Below are positions 26,979 to 34,924 of a stretch of DNA of 64,000 nucleotides, in pieces. Position 1 is the first letter of the stretch. Each line of letters starts with the position of its first letter. The DNA lies in assembly GCA_017857175.1 (NCBI GenBank), contig JAFMDS010000005.1, forward strand, positions 1,865 to 65,864, in the 5' to 3' direction. The DNA is from Candidatus Nanopelagicales bacterium (GTDB lineage: Bacteria; Actinomycetota; Actinomycetes; S36-B12). Position numbers and translations under genes: made by a program. The notes beneath the pieces were generated by a model, which ran no database searches, had not been told where the DNA came from, and worked only from the letters and a program-made list of their open reading frames with translations.

Positions 26979-28148
26979 ATGACTGGGACATCTCTCTCAC
27001 AAACGCGTTCAAAAACGGCCCACCGCATGGTGGGACTAGACCTTGGGACCAGCGGTATCCGGGCGGCCGAACTGCGCCACAACCGAACAACCAATACCTA
27101 CGAGGTCGCCCGCGTTGCCAGTGTTGAACTTCCTCATGGGGCGGTTCACAATGGTGAGTTCGTCGACATCAAAATGGTGACCAAAGCTTTGAAAAAACTG
27201 TGGAAGCAAGGGAGATTCTCCACTCGTAAAGTGACCTTCGGCATTAGTGATTCCAGCGTAATCACCCGACAATTGGACTTACCTTGGATGCCACCTGCGG
27301 ATTTCGCACAGGCTTTGCCCTATCAAGTGAATGAGGCACTCCCCGTGGAGACTTCCACCGTTGAAATGGACTATCACCTACTGCGCCAACTCCCAGGAAA
27401 AGATTCACAAGGTCAGGAGATGACACTTAACCGCGTCCTCATCGTGGCCTCAAATCGGGATTCAGTCACCGCCGAAGCACAATTAATAAGGAAATCCCAC
27501 CTGATTCCGTTAGCAGCCGACTCCGCACCCTTTGCACTTATTCGAGCAGCCTGCCAAGGAAAAGTTCCCCACGATGATCGAATGCGCGTCATTGCTGACC
27601 TAGGTTCTGAGCAGCTCACCGTGATTGTTCACCAAAACGGTCAACCGCGTTTCATCCGAACTATTTCGAACTTTGGCGGCGACTCGGCTACTCACGCTAT
27701 CGCTAATTTCCTTGACCTGAGTCAAGATGCTGCGGAGGAACTTAAAAAGTCCACGGGTCTCAATGGGCCTATCCAAGAAGTTGCCGCAATTCCTGAGTCC
27801 ACCGTGTTTCGCAGTATTGTCACTCCTGCGCAAGAAATATTGGACCCTGCGACTCAGGCCACCATCAATTTGCTCAATCCTTGGGCGACCACATTAATCA
27901 AAGAATTACGCGACTCCATCGATTACTTTGTTTCTTCGACCCCGGGCACGGTAATTTCTGATGTCACCTTATGCGGTCGCAGCACTCACCTAGCTGGCTT
28001 GCAGGAGAGAATTGCAACGGAGTTGCCATATCCCGTTGCAATGATGGAACCTCTTCTTGGCCTGGAATCATCAAATAAGGTGTCCGCACATCCCCCAACC
28101 GACACAACTTATGCCGTGGCCATCGGGTTAGCGATGGGTGCGCAATGA
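26979..28148 (+). CDS. pilM: Type IV pilus assembly protein PilM (actin-like ATPase fold)
   Basis: VGLDLGTSGIRAAEL phosphate-1-like motif, 389 aa, followed by the pilN/pilO-like genes. GAGGAG RBS. Confidence 0.85.
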   Translation: MTGTSLSQTRSKTAHRMVGLDLGTSGIRAAELRHNRTTNTYEVARVASVELPHGAVHNGEFVDIKMVTKALKKLWKQGRFSTRKVTFGISDSSVITRQLDLPWMPPADFAQALPYQVNEALPVETSTVEMDYHLLRQLPGKDSQGQEMTLNRVLIVASNRDSVTAEAQLIRKSHLIPLAADSAPFALIRAACQGKVPHDDRMRVIADLGSEQLTVIVHQNGQPRFIRTISNFGGDSATHAIANFLDLSQDAAEELKKSTGLNGPIQEVAAIPESTVFRSIVTPAQEILDPATQATINLLNPWATTLIKELRDSIDYFVSSTPGTVISDVTLCGRSTHLAGLQERIATELPYPVAMMEPLLGLESSNKVSAHPPTDTTYAVAIGLAMGAQ

Positions 28149-29008
28149 CATCAACCTTGGGAAATCTGCGCGAGAAACTAAATTCGCTCGGTAAGGCAAA
28201 GGAGCCATCCTCAGGGGTGCGGCGAGACGATGTCACACCCCATTTTGCCAATGAAGAAGTCTCGTTACCCCGCGTCAACCTCTTGCCCCAAAGTGTCAGG
28301 GATTCAATTCGCATTGGCGCTTTGCTCAGAAGGGCAGGAATTACTGCTGTCGCATTAATTGTGGTTACAGCTGTTATCTGGATCTTTCAAGGTCCGACTA
28401 TCGATCAAGCACAGGGCAAGCTCGACCAAGCACAGTCGGACAATCAAACATTAAACACGCAAATTAAGTCACTGTCTCCTATTGGCGAGCTCTACTCTGC
28501 TTTAACACGACAACAGGAATTCGTTCAGGACACACTGGCTGCATCTCCCACCGCCTCAGAAATATTTATCAGACTCCAGGATGCTGCATCGGATACCGGC
28601 AAAACCCCCGTTCAAATTACAAGCGCATCCATTGCCTATCACGGCATTCCCGAGTCGGGGGATACTCTGAATCCGTGCCCCAACCCCGATCCATTCAACG
28701 AATCAATCACATTTGGCTGCTTAAGCTTTAATGCGAGTGCAAGTTCTCGAGACCAGATTTCGAGTTTCTTGAACAATATTGCGACCGACCCACTCTTTGT
28801 TGGGGCTTATGTTGACTCTTCAGTTGTCAACCCATCGATAACTGACGGCAATCAGAGCAAAGAGAACCAAGTTACCTTTTCAGGTAGCGTCGGGGTCACC
28901 CTTGAAGGTCTCCAAACCCCGTTGACGCCCGAAGAAATAATGGAAATCATCACTCCAGCGCCTGATACAACAACTGATCCCAATGCAACCACAGATGAGG
29001 TGAACTGA
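28145..29008 (+). CDS. pilN: PilN-like pilus assembly protein with an extended C-terminal domain
   Basis: 4-nt overlap with the pilM stop. Cytoplasmic N-terminus with an NLLP motif (VNLLPQSV), a single TM helix and a coiled-coil. It is about 100 aa longer than typical PilN and has a Thr/Pro-rich tail. Confidence 0.6.
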   Translation: MTSTLGNLREKLNSLGKAKEPSSGVRRDDVTPHFANEEVSLPRVNLLPQSVRDSIRIGALLRRAGITAVALIVVTAVIWIFQGPTIDQAQGKLDQAQSDNQTLNTQIKSLSPIGELYSALTRQQEFVQDTLAASPTASEIFIRLQDAASDTGKTPVQITSASIAYHGIPESGDTLNPCPNPDPFNESITFGCLSFNASASSRDQISSFLNNIATDPLFVGAYVDSSVVNPSITDGNQSKENQVTFSGSVGVTLEGLQTPLTPEEIMEIITPAPDTTTDPNATTDEVN

Positions 29009-29010
29009 CC

Positions 29011-29691
29011 GTGCTCAGAGATCGCATTCGCCTCGTCACAGTTAGTCTGATTTTGGGTCTAATAGGCCTTACCGCAGTCTTGTGGTTTGTCGTCATTTCA
29101 CCTCGCCTTTCTATTGCAGGTGAATTGGAATTAAAGAGCGCCGACATCGAGCTGACTAACCTTGGCTTGTTAAAGCGACAGCGCGATTTTCTCGATTTAG
29201 CCGATCGCGCACCACAAGCCGCGGCTGAGGCTCAAATTCTGTTTTCACGGATGCCGGAAACAGCCCAGTTGCCTTCCCTTCTCGATCAAATCGGTCAAGC
29301 AGCCCTAGAGGCCGGGATCAGCCCCAGCAGCATTCAGGTGATCAATGCTTCCATTCCAGTAAGTACAACGGAAGCCACCCAAGGGAGTGCCAGTGAAACT
29401 CAGAAAGCTCTCGGAGTGCAGTTGGCCACTCTTGAATTGGACATGACCGTTGACGGATCCCAAGCAAATCTCCTTACTTTCATGGACAATCTGCAGGAAC
29501 TTGATCGCGCTTTACTTATCACCTCGACAGACCTCGTTGATCTCCCGCTGCAGGTCGAAGGGAGCGAACAAACATTGACCATTTCCGCCACATTATTTGT
29601 GCTGGAATCAAGCCTTCCTGACTTAGTCACGAACGCTCAGGCAATAATCGATCGAGCACAAGCTGAGTCCGGCGTAGCACAAGCTTCTTGA
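29011..29691 (+). CDS. pilO: PilO-like pilus assembly protein
   Basis: GTG start 2 nt after the pilN stop. Single N-terminal TM, a coiled-coil, then an alpha/beta region. The call rests on architecture and position only. Confidence 0.5.
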   Translation: MLRDRIRLVTVSLILGLIGLTAVLWFVVISPRLSIAGELELKSADIELTNLGLLKRQRDFLDLADRAPQAAAEAQILFSRMPETAQLPSLLDQIGQAALEAGISPSSIQVINASIPVSTTEATQGSASETQKALGVQLATLELDMTVDGSQANLLTFMDNLQELDRALLITSTDLVDLPLQVEGSEQTLTISATLFVLESSLPDLVTNAQAIIDRAQAESGVAQAS

Positions 29692-29717
29692 GTTAACAGT
29701 CTTACGATCGAACGAAA

Positions 29718-30515
29718 CTAAACAGCCGGCAGGACCGCTCTTAGGCGTACAGCATCCGCATCCCCCATGAATTGGGTTATTGCGGCTCGCACTAAGTGTG
29801 CGGCTGCCGCAAAGTCCTGCGGCAGTTCATCGATCAATGACGCGCAGTGGGTAGCAAGCTCCCATCGAATTTGAACCGTGAATAGATTACGGTCCCCCGC
29901 AGCATGCGCCGATTCGACCAAATAGGCATCAAGGGCAGTGAAGTCGCTCGCGAACATCAAATTAATTGCCTGCTCAATATTTCCAGAACTATGCGCAGTG
30001 AAAGCCTGCACGCTCAATGTCGAGGCTGCCTGCATTTGCTTTCGAGCATAACTCTGCGGGGTCATTCCTTCAAGCCGCTGTGCCGCGTGCGCGGCGATAG
30101 CGTCACTCGATGGAAAAGCAATGTTGTCAAAAGGTTCGACGTCAAGCATTAACGCCTGGAATCCCTGAATGCCAACGTTACTCAGAATCGGCTCAACTTG
30201 TGAACGTACAGCGAGAAGTGCCTGGGCGATAGACAAATTTGGCTCAGCCGTGGGTTCTGAGCATGCGCGTGCAATTTCTTCACCTAACTGAAAATACTTG
30301 CGGTATGAAGTACCCGCGCTGACAATCAGTGCTTCCCACAAGGCACCTTGTATTCGCATCAAATCGCTACCCAGCGCACATGAGAGTGCGCCGACCAGGT
30401 CTCCCGAAGCTCCCTTGCTCACCGCAATCGTTCTGAGAATTTCCGAGCCCTGAGTGCATAGGTCTACAAAATTCTGGCTGTCAGGACTCGAGCCCGCTTG
30501 TGACACCGTGCTCAC
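29718..30515 (-). CDS. Hypothetical all-helical protein, last gene of the minor-pilin operon
   Basis: 265 aa, no TM or signal peptide, Ala/Leu-rich helical composition. GTG start with an AGGAG RBS. No family recognised. Confidence 0.5.
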   Translation of the reverse strand: MSTVSQAGSSPDSQNFVDLCTQGSEILRTIAVSKGASGDLVGALSCALGSDLMRIQGALWEALIVSAGTSYRKYFQLGEEIARACSEPTAEPNLSIAQALLAVRSQVEPILSNVGIQGFQALMLDVEPFDNIAFPSSDAIAAHAAQRLEGMTPQSYARKQMQAASTLSVQAFTAHSSGNIEQAINLMFASDFTALDAYLVESAHAAGDRNLFTVQIRWELATHCASLIDELPQDFAAAAHLVRAAITQFMGDADAVRLRAVLPAV

Positions 30516-30564
30516 CCATTTCTCCTGACGCTGACTGACTCGATACTTCTGGCTGAGGAAAACT

Positions 30565-32718
30565 CTATCCTTCTACCACAATTACGAGCCGCCTGATCTC
30601 TTCAACTCCCCCAGAGATCACCGTGTAGCGCACCACAACCTGACCGGGCTCACTCGCCGTCACCGTGAGTTCCCCAGCAACGTTGGTCACCGTGGCGTTC
30701 CCGAACACTACTTCGGGGTTGAAAAGTTGAGCTCCCCCCGGGTAATTCGCCAGGAGTTCGTAGGTGCTGGATCCAGTCTGCTGGAAGTTCACATTGACTT
30801 CTGCGAAGCGCTTCACTTCCCACGGCTCCCCAAATAGGGATGTCATATAAGGAGGGACCAAAAAAGTTAGGCGCTCGTCATAGGAATATCTCTTTGAGTA
30901 CCCGCCGTAATAACCCACAACGCATCGGTATTTCTGGGACAAAGATCCCCAAAGGTAGATGTAGCCATTTCTGTACCCGTAAGACGGATCCTGAGCGCCA
31001 AAGCACGCGTCAACTGCCAGCATGGCCACGTTGAACACGGGGTTGTCGGCATTCGACTCTTTCCAGTCGCGAACCCACCTTCGCCTGTTATCAAATGGAC
31101 GGTAAATGTAGGTGAAGCGACCAGAAACAGAGCCTAAGATCGTTTGCGAGGCTGGATCCGGTTTGCCGTACGTTGCACCTGGTGTTGTTGAAGACGTCGC
31201 ATCTCGCAGGGAACTAGTTAGAATCACATTATTTTCCGCTGCAATTGTGACCTGACCCATCACATCACCTTCAACGTAAATGTCCCCTTTGGTGCAGCTA
31301 TCGCCATACCAAGGATTATTCACATCAGCGTAGTAAGACGGAAATCCTTTTGGAGCGCTCGATGAATAGAAGCCACTGTTTTCTTCAGAATCGCTCGGGA
31401 CGACGAATGGGTACTTGTTTGAACTATTCGAGCCGTATTTCCTGGCACAGGATGGCGCAGTGCCCGAGGGCCACACATTATTTGTGTCATAGTCGTTATT
31501 GGGATCGTCCACTCCTGAGGATGGAAGATCTTGAACATAGATCACCAAGTCCTCGAAATCAGAAATGGTGATCGTGCCGGTTGTGTGTGGCTGACTCGTG
31601 TCCTGCAACACTCCACCGCAATTCGCTCCCGACTGTTTGGTATCGGGGCTCGTTACCTTGATAACTCCCACTCCGCCTTGCACCGCAAACCTCAATCGAG
31701 TGGGTCCCGTGAACACGCACCCAAAGTCGCTTGCCTTCTCTTTCATGAGGGCGGCCGTGGCCGATGCTGAGGGGAGTTCCAGAACCGGTTCATAACGCGG
31801 GTTGCGATTGGTAATGTCGCTGCCTGTTGGACCAAACGAATTGCCTTGAAAGCCCGTGCTCGAATTCCACGTCGCGCCATCAATTGCATTGGAATACAAA
31901 GGTTCAGTGGTCGTGAGATAGCGATGATCGGCCGGGCAGCCAATCTCACCCGGAGAGAGTCCTTCCTCCTCGCTTCGACATGACGAGGAAATGGCTCCAG
32001 CGTCAATTGATCCAGATAGGTTAGTGGCTTGAAGGCGCCACACGTCGTTCGTGTGAATTTTTCCAGCGATGCGCTCCGAACTGTAGATTCCCGCCCACTG
32101 ACAGAAATTCAGGTTTCGCTGGTTACCAACACCGCCCGTGGGGTCAACATCGCCCGATTCATACCAGTATCGCGAGCACAGTTGATTTGCAAGTGCTTGA
32201 CTGGTGAGCCCAGTTCGACCGCCTGAGTTGGAGCTCTGTGAGTAGGCGCCGGGAACATCCGGAGAGGGTGTTTCAATGTCACTGAGATAGACGTAGTCCA
32301 GTGTGGAGCGCTTGGTCAGGACTGCCTCAACGGTATGGGTGACATCACCAGACTTGCCAGTGGAATACACGTGAATCTCACCGCCTGCACCAGCTCGCGA
32401 TGTATCGACAGAGTAGGTGTAGGTGCCTGCGGAATCACCGCCAGACACATTCACATAATCAAAGAACGCCGGATTCTCAAGATCAAGTTCTTCTTCATAT
32501 CCCGGCTGTTGAATTCGAACCAGATAGTCCTGGATCCCAGCTTCTGCTGCCGCAAGGGCAGCATATGAGCGCTCGCTGCGATCAGAAGGCACGATCTGCT
32601 GCACAGCGACCTGGGTAACGACCAGCACCAAGAGCACGAGCACGACACTCCAGGCGAGAACAAAGATCATTGCCGCACCACTGTCATCTGATCTCCGGAC
32701 GTTGTCTAACTTCATCAC
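30565..32718 (-). CDS. Large pilus-associated protein with a PilX-N-like hydrophobic N-terminus (candidate tip protein or adhesin)
   Basis: 717 aa. The N-terminus SDDSGAAMIFVLAWSVVLVLLVLVVTQ resembles the PilX_N pattern but lacks Glu+5. A large beta-rich, Gly/Ser/Tyr/Asn-rich extracellular part with several Cys pairs follows. The start overlaps the upstream minor pilin's stop by 4 nt. Confidence 0.5.
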   Translation of the reverse strand: MMKLDNVRRSDDSGAAMIFVLAWSVVLVLLVLVVTQVAVQQIVPSDRSERSYAALAAAEAGIQDYLVRIQQPGYEEELDLENPAFFDYVNVSGGDSAGTYTYSVDTSRAGAGGEIHVYSTGKSGDVTHTVEAVLTKRSTLDYVYLSDIETPSPDVPGAYSQSSNSGGRTGLTSQALANQLCSRYWYESGDVDPTGGVGNQRNLNFCQWAGIYSSERIAGKIHTNDVWRLQATNLSGSIDAGAISSSCRSEEEGLSPGEIGCPADHRYLTTTEPLYSNAIDGATWNSSTGFQGNSFGPTGSDITNRNPRYEPVLELPSASATAALMKEKASDFGCVFTGPTRLRFAVQGGVGVIKVTSPDTKQSGANCGGVLQDTSQPHTTGTITISDFEDLVIYVQDLPSSGVDDPNNDYDTNNVWPSGTAPSCARKYGSNSSNKYPFVVPSDSEENSGFYSSSAPKGFPSYYADVNNPWYGDSCTKGDIYVEGDVMGQVTIAAENNVILTSSLRDATSSTTPGATYGKPDPASQTILGSVSGRFTYIYRPFDNRRRWVRDWKESNADNPVFNVAMLAVDACFGAQDPSYGYRNGYIYLWGSLSQKYRCVVGYYGGYSKRYSYDERLTFLVPPYMTSLFGEPWEVKRFAEVNVNFQQTGSSTYELLANYPGGAQLFNPEVVFGNATVTNVAGELTVTASEPGQVVVRYTVISGGVEEIRRLVIVVEG

Positions 32719-33398
32719 AACAGGTTCACCAACCTCACCTGTTGTCGTACTGAATTCAGTGGATCAGTGGTTGCCCCAAGAACAATGGTGACATATTGCG
32801 GGACCTCGCCCTCGTCGAGTGATAACGCACCAGCTGACAGAGGTGTGACATTGCGCATGCTGGCATTGCAATCACCCTCTGTTTGACAAGCCCAAATTTC
32901 CATGGAGATGGGCGGATCAGATTCACTAGGGGTGGTCAGCAGGAACCTCCTCGTCGCACCAAGGGGAATACCCGTGCTAGACCAGTCTCCCGACCACTGC
33001 CACTCGCCATCGATGAGTGTTCCCTGTGCGACATCTGAAATTACATCGGTTGTTCCGTCAAGCTGCGGCAAAGTCATGACCCGCACTTTGTAGGGGATGT
33101 CGCTGCGCTGGCCTGTGCCTGAGTATGAATACAGCACGATTGACTCTGGGCTAGCTTGGACTATCGCCGAGTCACTTCCCACAGGAATGGCCGCATAACG
33201 CACTAATCTCGAAACCCATTCCGCAGCATTTTGCGCTTGTGACAATTCATTCGACTGAGACGTCACTTGCCTGATCCCTGAAAAAATATTCAGCATTGCC
33301 GTCGCGCTAATGATTGCCAAAATGCTGAAAACAGCCAACGACACCATGAGTTCGATGACGGTGTACCCACCGTCCTTTGAAAAATTACGCCCGCTCAC
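32715..33398 (-). CDS. Minor pilin / pseudopilin (PilW-like)
   Basis: Prepilin N-terminus MSGRNFSKDGG followed by YTVIELMVSLAVFSILAIISA (G/Y cleavage site, Glu+5). 227 aa. Confidence 0.75.
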   Translation of the reverse strand: MSGRNFSKDGGYTVIELMVSLAVFSILAIISATAMLNIFSGIRQVTSQSNELSQAQNAAEWVSRLVRYAAIPVGSDSAIVQASPESIVLYSYSGTGQRSDIPYKVRVMTLPQLDGTTDVISDVAQGTLIDGEWQWSGDWSSTGIPLGATRRFLLTTPSESDPPISMEIWACQTEGDCNASMRNVTPLSAGALSLDEGEVPQYVTIVLGATTDPLNSVRQQVRLVNLL

Positions 33399-34708
33399 GG
33401 AATTTCCTCAACCGGAGTCAGCGCAAATGCCACGACAGTGACTCCTGCGGGATCACCATTTTCCGGTGGTGTCAGCGGCCCAACAGGCGTAATCGGCCCA
33501 ACGCCTTGCGCGGTGAAATCCCAGGAGCCAAAAGGTAGCGCAATTTGCAACACACCCTCGGAATCTGCAGGACCCACGTTGAATGACTCAAGACCACATG
33601 CCCCATCTGAGCCGGTGTAGGTCACCTCTACTACCCCAGCGGGCTCCAGCCCTTCAAACCTGACATAAGCCGACGGTAGCCCGACAGAGACCACACTCCC
33701 TGACACCAATCCAAAGCCCGTTGCGGACGATCCAAGAGCGCTCGGATCTTGATCGGCACACGTTCCCAGCCATGCTTCGAAGCCCGCAGTCGATGGCCAT
33801 AGACCGGCTACTGCCTCGCCGACCGGCGTTTGCCTCGTTGCAGCTCCCGTCACCAATTCCTGCCACGTGACATTCAGTGAGGCAGGCAGTTGAAATTCTT
33901 CATTGGATGCACCAAAAATCACCGATGCAGCCGGCGCGTACTCGAAAGCAACACGGCTCACTTCCTGGGAATTGATCTGTACTTGATCTGTATCTCCGCC
34001 ACTACTGCGGGGAACATAGGTAACACCGGACTGATTCTTTTCGATAGATACATATAACGTGCCGCTTGGTGCAAGGTTTGGTAGAAAAACGCACCCGTCA
34101 ATACCCGTGAGTACTTGAAAATTGTTTTCTGGGTGTGAGGCATCCCGCCCAGTAACGACTACATCGGTCACCGGCTGCGCGTATTGATCACCCACTTGGA
34201 CAGTAATCGCCCCTTCAATTCCCGTTCGAGGAACGCCATCAGAGCTGATGACTGCGTCGATAACCTGTGGGGCTCCCAGAGTGCGGCCCAATACTTCGAC
34301 ATTGACACGCAGATAGTCCTGACCTGGCTCGGCTGTTGAACAAGCACTCACCCGCTGATTGACCCCCACCCAGTTGGCCGTGGTCCGCACTGTGAATCCA
34401 GATTGCACAGTTTCAGTCAATCCAATGGCAACATTGGATGCCCCCACTACACGAAGACTCTCAACGTGTGAGCGCGCAACATTCGCGGCAAGCACCCTGT
34501 CCGAATTTTCTCGGACGGTGGCCAACGCCAGGAGAAGAATCGTGATGGTCGCTGCGGAGACTGCAATGAATATTCCTAAGGCCACGATCACTTCAACCAA
34601 AGTGAAGCCCCCATCCGAGGAACATGACGCACTCGAGCAGGTGGAATTCGAGCAGGTGGCACGCGTGCGGCAGGTCAAGACTCGGGTCCGCTCAACATCA
34701 ACTGTCAT
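33395..34708 (-). CDS. Large minor pilin (PilV-like) with a long Cys-rich leader
   Basis: Prepilin motif SSDGG followed by FTLVEVIVALGIFIAVSAA. The start is set at ATG 34708 (437 aa). The track start at 34909 would place about 100 residues in front of the cleavage site. Confidence 0.7.
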   Translation of the reverse strand: MTVDVERTRVLTCRTRATCSNSTCSSASCSSDGGFTLVEVIVALGIFIAVSAATITILLLALATVRENSDRVLAANVARSHVESLRVVGASNVAIGLTETVQSGFTVRTTANWVGVNQRVSACSTAEPGQDYLRVNVEVLGRTLGAPQVIDAVISSDGVPRTGIEGAITVQVGDQYAQPVTDVVVTGRDASHPENNFQVLTGIDGCVFLPNLAPSGTLYVSIEKNQSGVTYVPRSSGGDTDQVQINSQEVSRVAFEYAPAASVIFGASNEEFQLPASLNVTWQELVTGAATRQTPVGEAVAGLWPSTAGFEAWLGTCADQDPSALGSSATGFGLVSGSVVSVGLPSAYVRFEGLEPAGVVEVTYTGSDGACGLESFNVGPADSEGVLQIALPFGSWDFTAQGVGPITPVGPLTPPENGDPAGVTVVAFALTPVEEIP

Positions 34709-34818
34709 TGTTTTCACCGCCCACAATCTCGATTCACCGTGCGCCGGCCGGGCACGTCTGAACGTGAGGTCTAACTCATAATGAACAGGCCTCACTGAGA
34801 GTTTCGGCCCAAAGCCCC

Positions 34819-34865
34819 CAATGAGGGCGCGAAAACACTTACTTTTGAGTGCCCGCGCCTCATTG
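34819..34865. promoter_or_regulatory. 12/13-bp GC-rich inverted repeat (CAATGAGGGCGCG-N22-CGCGCCTCATTG) in the divergent gap between the minor-pilin operon and the GGDEF-EAL gene
   Basis: Arms lie at 34819-34831 and 34854-34865. The element is 60 nt upstream of the 34925 start. Confidence 0.35.
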
Positions 34866-34924
34866 ACCTCGGTGGATACACTCGGCTTAACAGCAATACA
34901 GCCCAGCACCGACGGAAAGGCAAC

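Noticed and set aside
26876-27094. A 72-aa minus-strand ORF spanning the pilM control region and the pilM start.
   Set aside because: It overlaps the pilM 5' end antisense and covers the tandem repeat. It has no RBS, and its Arg/Ser/Pro-rich composition marks it as a shadow ORF.
34709-34909. The track's long N-terminal extension of the large minor pilin (504-aa version).
   Set aside because: It would put about 100 residues before the prepilin G/F cleavage site. ATG 34708 gives a pilin-like, though still long, leader. The extension region also holds structured inverted repeats typical of intergenic DNA.
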